This document shows positions 8,890 through 16,823 of a stretch of DNA of 64,000 nucleotides, piece by piece. Both the position numbers and the translations under genes were made by a program. Under the pieces are notes generated by a model. It was not told where the DNA came from. It saw only the letters and a program-made list of their open reading frames with translations, and did not search any database. Each line of letters starts with the position of its first letter. The stretch's first letter is position 1. The DNA comes from an uncultured Clostridia bacterium (GTDB lineage Bacteria; Bacillota; Clostridia; Lachnospirales; CAG-274), in the NCBI GenBank assembly GCA_947628755.1, contig CANRBC010000004.1, positions 20,880-84,879 of the forward strand. Direction: 5' to 3'.

Positions 8890-10650
8890 ATGGAATATTA
8901 TGCGCTTGTCACCAAAAAAGGACTTGACAAGATACTGTCCGCCATAGCAGCAGAAGCACAAGTGCAAATAGCAAAATTCTGCGTAGGCGACGGAGGCGGC
9001 GAACCAGTTACACCGAGGGAAACCCAAACAGCACTGGTAAATCAAACGTGGGTCGGAGACATAATCAAATATTCCAAGGACGGAGATATGGTCTCAGCGT
9101 CTACAGTAGTACCAGAAGACGTAGGCAATTTTACACTACGAGAGATGGGACTTATAGACAGCGACGGCGACCTATTTGCCGTCGCGAACGTGCCAGATAC
9201 TTTAAAAACAAAGGACGGAGGAATAAGAGCCACGCTTAATCTGACTATAAGCATTAAATTAGAAAATGCCAATGTAGTACATTTTGACATTATCAGTGAC
9301 TTTGACACCGCACTTGATAAAAATTCCTCAAATGCAGTACAGAATAAAGTGCTTGCACAAGAAATAGACAAGCTAACGGAGGAAATAAACAGCATAGGTC
9401 TTGTCTACGACCCCGAATATCACGCCATAGAGCTTGGCGAGAGTGGACACTCTGGCGGAGGCGGTGGCGGAAGCTATACTCCAACGGCAGCAGGACCCGA
9501 CACATTGGGCTGCATAAAAGTTGGATCTGACTTTTCGATAACAGAAGACGGTACTTTATCTATTAACAAAGTCAGCAATGCAGAAATAGATAATATGTTT
9601 ACTGATAGTGCAATAATGAAGCAAAACGAAGCCGTAATCTCATCAGTAAGAGCAAAAACTTCTTTAATGCAAATAGCTCAAACGGCTATACCAAGTAAAA
9701 CAGGTGATAATGTACGCTACATCGCTGATGGCAGTGATGTTTATCACCCTGTTGAGGATACTGTTGCAAGACAGGCAGCTGCTGATAATGCAAACGCTCT
9801 CAACGATAAAGTGGACAAAATAGAAAGTAAAGGGCTATCTTCCAACGACTATACAAACGAGGATAAGGACAAGCTCAACGGAATTGAAGCAAATGCCAAT
9901 AAGACCGTAGTCGACCCAAAACTTGATACTACGAGCCGAAATGCCGTATCTAATTATGTTGTAACGCAAGCTATTGAGGATATAAACAAATCTCTTGAGA
10001 ATTTTTTGCCAAAAGGCAATGTAGTATATGTCAAAGCCAGTGATACGCCAACGGAATTTACACAATATGCAGAAAAATCAAACTATATAATTTATAATGA
10101 TTTAGCAAGCGCTTTGGCTGCCAACAGTAACGCCGAATTTTCGGAAGTGGTAATTTTGCCAGGAACGCACGATATAGGATATATAAATATCGTCGAAAAT
10201 TCTAAAAAAATTAAAAATTTGATATTAAGGGGATTTAGCCCTCTGTATGCTGCTGAGTGTATATTGCAAACAACGCACTCCCAAAGCACTATGGCGTTAA
10301 GAATAAATAGCGACAATATAGCTATTTATGACTTAAATATGCAGTTTGACAAACACATCTATGGTTTTGATACTATTACAAAAAATGTTGTTTTAAAAAA
10401 CGTTATTTTAAAAACGGGCGGAAGCTACCACGCTCTGCAAATCCAAAAAGCAGCAAACGTTGAGGTAAGCAATTGTTGTTTTGATATAAAAAACGGAAGC
10501 ACAGGACTTAATTTTGCTTGTATTTCTATAAGTGCAACAAACTCTTTAAAACTTTATGGAAATACCTGCATTGCATTATATGACTACAGTTGTAGCGAGC
10601 CAACATATAGCATTATTTATGGCAATACCAATTTACAAAAAAAATTATAA
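8890..10650 (+). CDS. Tail fibre protein: tail-collar N-terminus, Gly hinge, beta-helix-like C-terminal module
   Basis: The N-terminus YYALVTKKGLDKILSAIAAEAQVQIAKFCVGDGGGEPVTPRETQTALVNQ matches the phage tail-collar fibre N-terminal family (P2 gpH/Mu-like). There is a GGGGGGS hinge. The C-terminus has repeats such as NVVLKNVILKTGG...NVEVSNCCFDIKNG, suggestive of a parallel beta-helix. Confidence 0.8.
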   Translation: MEYYALVTKKGLDKILSAIAAEAQVQIAKFCVGDGGGEPVTPRETQTALVNQTWVGDIIKYSKDGDMVSASTVVPEDVGNFTLREMGLIDSDGDLFAVANVPDTLKTKDGGIRATLNLTISIKLENANVVHFDIISDFDTALDKNSSNAVQNKVLAQEIDKLTEEINSIGLVYDPEYHAIELGESGHSGGGGGGSYTPTAAGPDTLGCIKVGSDFSITEDGTLSINKVSNAEIDNMFTDSAIMKQNEAVISSVRAKTSLMQIAQTAIPSKTGDNVRYIADGSDVYHPVEDTVARQAAADNANALNDKVDKIESKGLSSNDYTNEDKDKLNGIEANANKTVVDPKLDTTSRNAVSNYVVTQAIEDINKSLENFLPKGNVVYVKASDTPTEFTQYAEKSNYIIYNDLASALAANSNAEFSEVVILPGTHDIGYINIVENSKKIKNLILRGFSPLYAAECILQTTHSQSTMALRINSDNIAIYDLNMQFDKHIYGFDTITKNVVLKNVILKTGGSYHALQIQKAANVEVSNCCFDIKNGSTGLNFACISISATNSLKLYGNTCIALYDYSCSEPTYSIIYGNTNLQKKL

Positions 10651-10662
10651 GGAGGCAGTAAA

Positions 10663-11223
10663 ATGTCAAAATTAGTAACACTCGAAGGATTACAGAAATT
10701 AAAAGAAAAACTTACAGAACAAATGACGGAGGCAATTACGGAGGCTGAACACCTGAAGTACAAAATTGTGGAGCAGCTGCCAAATGTGTCTGAAGCAGAC
10801 CCGAATACGATTTATCTTGTGAAGAAAACGGCAGCGGACGGGGAAAGCAACGCTTATGATGAATACTTTGTCATAAGCGACAAATTTGAGCATATAGGCG
10901 ACACTAAGGCAGACTTGACGGACTATGCCAAAACTGCCGATGTGATAAACAAGATTGCGACGGCAAAGAGCGCGGCTATTGAAGCGGCAAAGCAGTACAC
11001 CGACGGAAAGAGCGGCGACTATGCTACTGCCGAACAGGGCGAAGCAGCCGACACGGCGGTACAGAGCGTTAAGATAGGCTCTATTGAGCTAAAAAAAGGT
11101 ACAACAGTGACGATACCCGAAGCTACTTCAACTGCCGCAGGCGCTATGAGTGCGACAGATAAGAAAAAACTTAACGAAATTACCGAAGCAACGATAGCTG
11201 AAATAGATGCCCTTTTTGAATAA
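10663..11223 (+). CDS. Fibre-associated protein (second fibre-module gene)
   Basis: 186 aa with a strong RBS. Coiled-coil N-terminus. Contains the MSATDKKKLNEI motif shared with both flanking fibre genes. Confidence 0.45.
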   Translation: MSKLVTLEGLQKLKEKLTEQMTEAITEAEHLKYKIVEQLPNVSEADPNTIYLVKKTAADGESNAYDEYFVISDKFEHIGDTKADLTDYAKTADVINKIATAKSAAIEAAKQYTDGKSGDYATAEQGEAADTAVQSVKIGSIELKKGTTVTIPEATSTAAGAMSATDKKKLNEITEATIAEIDALFE

Positions 11224-11237
11224 AGGGAGGGAATTGC

Positions 11238-13313
11238 ATGAAAGTAATTACCATAAATGTATTGAAAGAAGTAATCCTTAAATTGCTTGAGCCTTTGACC
11301 AATATCACAGAAGCTGTAGAGAGCTTAGAAAGCAGAGTACCCGCTCCCTCAACTACGGAAAAAACAAAGTATTTGAGAGGCGACGGCACATGGGCAGACG
11401 GTGTTCAAGGTCCTAAAGGCGATAAGGGCGATACAGGACCGGCAGGACCAACAGGTCCAACGGGAGCGACAGGACCGCAAGGTCCAACAGGAGCGACAGG
11501 AGCTAAAGGCGACAAAGGCGCTGACGGAGCTACGCCTACAATAGGCAGCAACGGAAATTGGTACATAAACGGAACTGATACCCAAAAGCCGTCAAGAGGT
11601 GCAACGGGCGCGCAAGGTCCTAAAGGAGACACAGGAGCGCAAGGACCGACGGGCAAAACGGGAGCGGTCGGCGCAACAGGACCGCAAGGACCAAAGGGCG
11701 CTGACGGCGTTACGCCCACAATAGGAGATAATGGCAATTGGTACATAAACGGCAAGGATACAAGTAAGCCGTCGAGAGGAGCGACAGGGGCGACAGGCGC
11801 ACAGGGTTCGCAAGGACCTCAAGGACCTAAAGGCGACCAAGGAGCACAAGGAGCTGCAGGCGCAAAAGGTGACAAGGGCGCAACGGGTACATCAATGCGG
11901 AATATGGGAGAGTGGAAAGCAAGCACAAAGTACGTGAACGACAGCAGCTACATAGATATTGTTACTTACAACGGCTCTGCTTACGCCTGCAAGACATCTC
12001 ATACCTCTTCATCGACGTGGGCAAGCACTTACTGGACATTGCTTGTATCAAAAGGCGATACGGGACCACAAGGAAAGCAAGGACCTACGGGAGCGGCAGG
12101 AGCCAAAGGCGACACGGGAAACACAGGTCCTGCGGGAGCTACGGGCGCAAAAGGCGATAAAGGCGATTCCGCAAGCGGTTCTTACGGTACTTGTTCTACT
12201 GCGGCTGCTACTGCGGCTAAGACTGTGAGTATTACGGGTTACAAGCTGGTTACGGGCAATATTGTTACAGTGAAATTTACTTATGCCGTGCCTGCAAGCG
12301 CTACTCTCAACATAACCGGTACGGGAGCTAAAAATATATACCACAAAGGCGCTGCAATAGCGGCTAATGTAATAAATGCGGGAGATACGGCGACGTTTAT
12401 TTACAACGGGCAGTATCACCTTATAGCCATTGATTACAAGGTGGATACGGCGCTGAACAGCTCAAGCCTTTATCCTTTGCAGAATAAGGTTATTTACACC
12501 GAGCTTGGCAAAAAGGCGGGTACTGCCTTGGCGACTACATCAGCAAACGGTCTTATGAGCGCTGCGGACAAGCAAACGCTAAGCCGCATATTTGCAAATA
12601 ATAATATGTTTGAGGTTAATAGTGGCAAAGACAATCGAATAGCTCTATATACCGCTGGAGATTCGCGTTGGTCTCTCCCCAACAACGCAACATTGTATTT
12701 TGATTTTGGTGACGAAGAGTTTATGTTTGACCCTACCGGTTTACAGATGTGGGGCAAATTAAGTGTCAACGGTAAGGTGCTCGCATCGGGTTCGGATTAC
12801 GCCAAGTATTACGAATGGACCGACGGAAATACCGAAAATGAGGATAGACGAGGATTATTTGTGGCTCTTGATGGAGAAAAAATAAGGGTCGCAAAGTCTG
12901 CGGATGATTTTGTTTTGGGTGTTGTATCGGCAGCCCCAGGCTTTATAGAAAATGCCTATGAAACAGAGTGGCAAGGAAAATATGTCAAGGATGTATACGG
13001 AGAGCGTATTGTACAGACAGTAGAAGCACCCGAAAGCGCAGACGCAGACGGTAATGCTATCCCCGCAACAATCAAAACGGAATACGTTGTGAATCCGGAA
13101 TATAATGCGGACGAAGAATATATACCACGCTCTCAACGTTCCGAGTGGACTTGTGTTGGTCTTATAGGCGAGATAGTCGTAATAGATGACGGAACTTGCG
13201 AGATAAATGGCTATTGCAAGCCCGCGGAAGGCGGTATCGCTACAAAGGCGGATACCGGTTATAGGGTACTTGCAAGGCTTGACGATACCCATATAAAGAT
13301 ACTGATTAAATAA
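11238..13313 (+). CDS. Collagen-like (G-X-Y repeat) tail fibre protein with Peptidase_G2/intramolecular-chaperone-like C-terminus
   Basis: Several G-X-Y blocks (about nt 11400-11890 and 12055-12170). The C-terminal stretch GLFVALDGEKIRVAKSADDFVLGVVSAAPGFIENAYETEWQGKYVKDVYGERI resembles the autoproteolytic Peptidase_G2 domain of phage tail spikes (recalled, not searched). Confidence 0.8.
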   Translation: MKVITINVLKEVILKLLEPLTNITEAVESLESRVPAPSTTEKTKYLRGDGTWADGVQGPKGDKGDTGPAGPTGPTGATGPQGPTGATGAKGDKGADGATPTIGSNGNWYINGTDTQKPSRGATGAQGPKGDTGAQGPTGKTGAVGATGPQGPKGADGVTPTIGDNGNWYINGKDTSKPSRGATGATGAQGSQGPQGPKGDQGAQGAAGAKGDKGATGTSMRNMGEWKASTKYVNDSSYIDIVTYNGSAYACKTSHTSSSTWASTYWTLLVSKGDTGPQGKQGPTGAAGAKGDTGNTGPAGATGAKGDKGDSASGSYGTCSTAAATAAKTVSITGYKLVTGNIVTVKFTYAVPASATLNITGTGAKNIYHKGAAIAANVINAGDTATFIYNGQYHLIAIDYKVDTALNSSSLYPLQNKVIYTELGKKAGTALATTSANGLMSAADKQTLSRIFANNNMFEVNSGKDNRIALYTAGDSRWSLPNNATLYFDFGDEEFMFDPTGLQMWGKLSVNGKVLASGSDYAKYYEWTDGNTENEDRRGLFVALDGEKIRVAKSADDFVLGVVSAAPGFIENAYETEWQGKYVKDVYGERIVQTVEAPESADADGNAIPATIKTEYVVNPEYNADEEYIPRSQRSEWTCVGLIGEIVVIDDGTCEINGYCKPAEGGIATKADTGYRVLARLDDTHIKILIK

Positions 13314-13326
13314 AGGAGGCTGCATA

Positions 13327-13590
13327 ATGGGAGCAATAGTAGTAGCAATCATAGGGGCGGCAAGCTCCGCTTTCGGAGGCTTAATAGGCGTTATTATAAA
13401 CACCAAGCTCATAACTTACAGAATAGAACAGCTGGAAATCAAGGTGAATCAACATAACAACTTGATAGAGCGAACCTATGAGCTGGAGAAAGATGATGAG
13501 CTTATAAAGGAAAAAATAAAGGTCATCAATCACAGAATTGATGATATGGAGGAAACGTACAGCGATAATAAATTTGTCAAGGAGGTATAA
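13327..13590 (+). CDS. Membrane-anchored coiled-coil protein of the lysis cassette (XhlA-like position)
   Basis: N-terminal transmembrane helix GAIVVAIIGAASSAFGGLIGVII followed by a charged coiled coil. It lies immediately upstream of the holin and endolysin. Confidence 0.45.
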   Translation: MGAIVVAIIGAASSAFGGLIGVIINTKLITYRIEQLEIKVNQHNNLIERTYELEKDDELIKEKIKVINHRIDDMEETYSDNKFVKEV

Positions 13591-13592
13591 TT

Positions 13593-13784
13593 ATGACAAA
13601 AACATGGTTAAAGGCGGCAGCAATAAGAGCAATAAAGACTATGGCGCAAAGCGCAATAGCCATGATAGGCACAGCGGTTGTGCTTGACGAGGTGAACTGG
13701 ATAAACGTTGTAAGCGCAAGCATATTGGCAGGTATACTGAGCTTGCTTACAAGTACGGCAGGCTTGCCGGAGGTGGAGGAATAA
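13593..13784 (+). CDS. Holin (phiLC3/LL-H-like small holin)
   Basis: 63 aa with two hydrophobic helices and an acidic C-terminus. The pattern RAIKTMAQSAIAMIG...VNWINVVSASILAGILSLLTS resembles the phiLC3 holin family. It directly precedes the amidase. Confidence 0.65.
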   Translation: MTKTWLKAAAIRAIKTMAQSAIAMIGTAVVLDEVNWINVVSASILAGILSLLTSTAGLPEVEE

Positions 13785-13786
13785 GT

Positions 13787-14668
13787 ATGGAAAAAATACC
13801 TGGACTGGACTTGCCTTATAATTATATGCCGTCAAATTCTGCAAATTATGGTGGCACAAGAGGCGAGTGGAATATCAAATACATAGTAGTCCATTACACG
13901 GCGAATGACGGGGATACGGACACGGGAAACGGCTCATATTTTGGCAGGACGCCCGTAGGCGCAGGAGCGCATATATTTGTTGATGAGGACAGCTGCACTC
14001 AAAGCATACCATTTAACAGAGTTGCTTGGCATTGCGAAACAAAGGGCATGAAGTTTAAATGTGCTTGCAGAAACGCAAACAGCATAGGCGTAGAAATGTG
14101 CAGCGATAAGGTAAATGGGCAGTATGTAATTACAAGACAGACTATGCTCAATACCGTAAAGGTAGTTAAATATCTTATGCAACAGTATAATATACCTGCC
14201 GACAGAGTAATACGTCATTATGACGTGTGCGGTAAGCTCTGCCCTGAACCATGGGTGAGATTGCCGCAGGAATGGCAGGAGTTTAAGAGGCTTATTACAG
14301 AGTCGGAAAAAAAGGAGGATGCAGAAGTGATAGAGACTATTAATATTACAGTCAATGGTAAGCAGATTAAAGCGGATGCCATTGTTAAGGACGGCAGGAC
14401 CTTTTTGAATTTGAGGTCGCTTGAAAATGCAGGTTTTGAGGTGGGCTATAATGCCGATACAAAAATGAGGAGTTTGGATAATGAAAAGAAATGTGTAAAC
14501 CTCATCTTGCAGGATAAAAAGAGCGCTGACTACATAAGAGAGGGAAAGGTAAACGCTGTCAACATTGACGGCTACAACTATATGCCAGTAAGAGATGTTT
14601 GCGCCGTTATGGGTAGCACAGATATTGATTATGACAAAACACGAGAGGAAATAATCGTTAAGGGCTGA
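13787..14668 (+). CDS. Endolysin: N-acetylmuramoyl-L-alanine amidase (Amidase_2/PGRP) with Cu-amine-oxidase-N-like wall-binding repeats
   Basis: Motifs YIVVHYTAN, NSIGVEMC and IRHYDVCGKLCPEPW. The C-terminus (NGKQIKADAIVKDGRTFLNLRSL ... NIDGYNYMPVRDV) is typical of clostridial endolysin binding domains. Confidence 0.9.
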   Translation: MEKIPGLDLPYNYMPSNSANYGGTRGEWNIKYIVVHYTANDGDTDTGNGSYFGRTPVGAGAHIFVDEDSCTQSIPFNRVAWHCETKGMKFKCACRNANSIGVEMCSDKVNGQYVITRQTMLNTVKVVKYLMQQYNIPADRVIRHYDVCGKLCPEPWVRLPQEWQEFKRLITESEKKEDAEVIETINITVNGKQIKADAIVKDGRTFLNLRSLENAGFEVGYNADTKMRSLDNEKKCVNLILQDKKSADYIREGKVNAVNIDGYNYMPVRDVCAVMGSTDIDYDKTREEIIVKG

Positions 14669-14677
14669 TTTTTCAAA

Positions 14678-14712
14678 GGGTATGTACTTCGGTGCATACC
14701 CTTCTTTTTTTA
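14678..14712 (+). terminator. Rho-independent terminator after the lysis cassette
   Basis: Hairpin gggtatgtac-ttcg-gtgcataccc followed by ttcttttttt. Confidence 0.75.
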
Positions 14713-14863
14713 TTGCAAAAAATAAAAAAATTTAGTGAACGCTTATGTTTCTTTTTGGGTCTATCTAATTTGGGAAACGATTTTACAAAACATATTTCTT
14801 ATGCAAGTATTATAAATTTAAGGGTCTAAATTTTTATTTTACTATAAAAAATGCACAAAATAC

Positions 14864-14892
14864 TTGACAACGCCCCTAAAAGGGACTATAAT
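14864..14892 (+). promoter_or_regulatory. Consensus sigma-A type promoter (TTGACA-17 nt-TATAAT) of the accessory operon
   Basis: ttgaca at 14864-14869, a 17-nt spacer, then tataat at 14887-14892. It lies about 60 nt upstream of the first accessory ORF. Confidence 0.6.
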
Positions 14893-14954
14893 TAAAATAG
14901 GGGGTAAGTAAGACATCTTAAATCTAACCCGACGCCAATAAAGGAGGAAAAGAA

Positions 14955-15188
14955 ATGACAAGGCATAAAAAAGAAGTCATTCGTAAGATTAGAGAGATTG
15001 ACAAGTTTATAATGGTTGATTCAGAGCTCGGTTGCGGATCTGCACCAGCAGGAGCATACGACAGTATGTATGATGAGATTTACAGACTGCAAGAGCAGCT
15101 TGCAGAGCTTTCCCACTACGGCAGCGTAGAAGAAATGCTTTACGACAATATTGGCTGTAAGCCAGACGAAAACATACCATTCATTTGA
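14955..15188 (+). CDS. Small acidic hypothetical protein (77 aa), accessory operon gene 1
   Basis: RBS aaaggagg 7 nt before the ATG. No recognisable domain. Confidence 0.55.
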   Translation: MTRHKKEVIRKIREIDKFIMVDSELGCGSAPAGAYDSMYDEIYRLQEQLAELSHYGSVEEMLYDNIGCKPDENIPFI

Positions 15189-15205
15189 GCAGGGAGGAAC
15201 GCAAA

Positions 15206-15382
15206 ATGAAAATAACACAGACACTTTTAGACACCATAGCAACATATATGGACGATGAAATAAGAGAAGAAGTCCATAGCGAATTAACACCTTGCAAACC
15301 TGAAGAATTTTTAAACAGATATGTTGAGCTTGACCCCGAGTTTAAGAACTTGCTTGAATCGGAGTTTAGAATTACATTATAA
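15206..15382 (+). CDS. Small, very acidic hypothetical protein (58 aa), accessory operon gene 2
   Basis: The start MKITQ follows the RBS agggagg, and the longer 15185 start lacks an RBS. The sequence YMDDEIREEVHSELTPCKPEEFLNRYVELDPEF resembles small proteins I recall from Firmicutes mobile elements (unverified). Confidence 0.55.
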   Translation: MKITQTLLDTIATYMDDEIREEVHSELTPCKPEEFLNRYVELDPEFKNLLESEFRITL

Positions 15383-15395
15383 GGAGGAAAATACA

Positions 15396-15551
15396 ATGAA
15401 ATACGAAATTTATGATTTTATCGAAAATCCCTTTGGCAATCTGATTTATGCTACAGACACGCTAAGAGATTGCAAAATGTTTTGTAGAGAGTATTTAAAG
15501 GAAACTGACGGTGAATGCAAGGTAAAGATAAAGGTCAATGAAAGGAGGTAA
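15396..15551 (+). CDS. Small hypothetical protein (51 aa), accessory operon gene 3
   Basis: ATG 15396 is preceded by aaggagg. The longer track ORF from 15321 overlaps gene 2 and has no RBS. Confidence 0.5.
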   Translation: MKYEIYDFIENPFGNLIYATDTLRDCKMFCREYLKETDGECKVKIKVNERR

Positions 15552-15556
15552 ATATA

Positions 15557-15754
15557 ATGGAAAATGACAGCGATGTAAGAATTTGCCCTATCTGCAACAA
15601 AGAGGCGTTGCGTGAAGATATGTCATTTACCCGTGATTGCCACGGAATAACATATCGCCTTGTTTGTAATAACTGCTACTTCAAGTTGATGGCAAAGGGC
15701 TATGACGGAGCCTACTACGACGAATCCGACGAATGCCTCGACTTCGATTATTAA
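15557..15754 (+). CDS. Small Zn-ribbon-like protein with acidic tail (65 aa), accessory operon gene 4
   Basis: CPIC...C...CNNC cysteine pattern. C-terminus YDGAYYDESDECLDFDY. RBS aaaggagg. Confidence 0.55.
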   Translation: MENDSDVRICPICNKEALREDMSFTRDCHGITYRLVCNNCYFKLMAKGYDGAYYDESDECLDFDY

Positions 15755-15888
15755 AAAGTGCAGATTTAAGCCGCTAAACTCTAAATCTGCACCAGAACAT
15801 CACAGACAAAGCACTAAAGAGCTTTGCCGTAATATTATTATATCACACGACAAAGCTCTTTTCAACAAAAAATGAAAGGAGCATAAAA

Positions 15889-16773
15889 ATGAAATTTGAT
15901 ATTTACAAGACCATAACTGAAAGAATAATTTCTCAGCTTGAAAGAGGTATAATACCGTGGCGTAAGCCGTGGAGTGGAACCCCCAACGGTCCTATATCAT
16001 ACGCAACAGGCAAGCCTTATAGCTTGCTTAATCAAATGTTGTTGGGTAAGGCAGGCGAGTATTTGACATATAATCAGATACAGGAAGCAGGGGGTAGGGT
16101 TAAAAAGGGGTCGAAAGCAAAAATGGTTGTTTTTTGGAAAACCTACAACAAGACAAACGACAGCCCCGAAGATGATAGCGACAATAACGGCGAGAACAAA
16201 AAAACTGTAATGCTGCTAAGGTATTATAATGTCTTTCACATAGATGACTGTGAGGGTGTAGAGGCTAAACACAAAATGGTGTTGAAACCGAATAACCCTA
16301 TACAGACAGCAGAAGATATAATAAATAACTACCTTAACAGGGAAAAAGGGCTTAAATTTGAGACTGTTATCTCTAACAAAGCCTGCTACAACACGGCTTT
16401 AGACAAAGTGAGCTTACCCAAAATCGAACAGTTTAACAGTGCTGAGGAATATTATTCCACAGTCTTTCACGAGCTTATACACTCAACGGGACACGTTAAT
16501 AGGTGCAACAGAGAGGATTTTAAAGGCAACATTTTCGGCGATGAAAAATACTCGAAAGAGGAGCTTGTCGCTGAAATAGGCGCAGCGGCTCTTACAAATA
16601 TAGCAGGCATAGAGAGCAACAGCAGTTTTAAAAACTCAGCCGCCTACATCAACAGTTGGATAGAGGGCTTAAAAAACGATAAACGACTTATCGTAACAGC
16701 AAGCTCCAAGGCAGATAAGGCAGTTTGCTACATTTTAGGAACAGAGACGGAAACAAAGCGTAAAACAGCATAA
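15889..16773 (+). CDS. ardC: ArdC-like antirestriction protein (ssDNA-binding N-domain plus zincin metalloprotease domain)
   Basis: N-terminal ITERIISQLERGIIPWRKPW (DUF1738/ArdC-N signature) and C-terminal HELIHSTGH (HExxH zincin). The size of about 290 aa is typical. Confidence 0.8.
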   Translation: MKFDIYKTITERIISQLERGIIPWRKPWSGTPNGPISYATGKPYSLLNQMLLGKAGEYLTYNQIQEAGGRVKKGSKAKMVVFWKTYNKTNDSPEDDSDNNGENKKTVMLLRYYNVFHIDDCEGVEAKHKMVLKPNNPIQTAEDIINNYLNREKGLKFETVISNKACYNTALDKVSLPKIEQFNSAEEYYSTVFHELIHSTGHVNRCNREDFKGNIFGDEKYSKEELVAEIGAAALTNIAGIESNSSFKNSAAYINSWIEGLKNDKRLIVTASSKADKAVCYILGTETETKRKTA

Positions 16774-16823
16774 CAATCTCAACGCTGTGCTATCGGCAAT
16801 ACGGGCAGAAAGGAGTATATCTA

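Noticed and set aside
11349-11849. Pro/Gly/Cys/Arg-rich ORFs on the - strand (11349..11585, 11405..11755, 11592..11849) and + strand alternative-frame ORFs (11912..12228).
   Set aside because: They are the antisense or out-of-frame reading of the G-X-Y collagen repeats. The repeat periodicity keeps all frames open.
11400-12170. Periodic DNA repeats that might be taken for a CRISPR array or a satellite. The same question arises for the Thr/Gln linker repeats at 22620-22720 and 23280-23400.
   Set aside because: The periodicity is 9 nt (G-X-Y) or irregular, and it lies within long ORFs with coherent protein products. There is no repeat-spacer architecture. No CRISPR array is present in the window.
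8890-13313. Looked for a diversity-generating retroelement (reverse transcriptase, template repeat) associated with the fibre genes.
   Set aside because: No reverse transcriptase ORF is present, and I saw no template/variable repeat pair with adenine-specific differences. The internal repeats are in-frame duplications.
14669-14860. AT-rich 190-nt stretch after the endolysin terminator, considered as a possible small RNA or att site.
   Set aside because: I saw no stable structure, repeat or conserved motif. It is most simply a promoter-upstream spacer.
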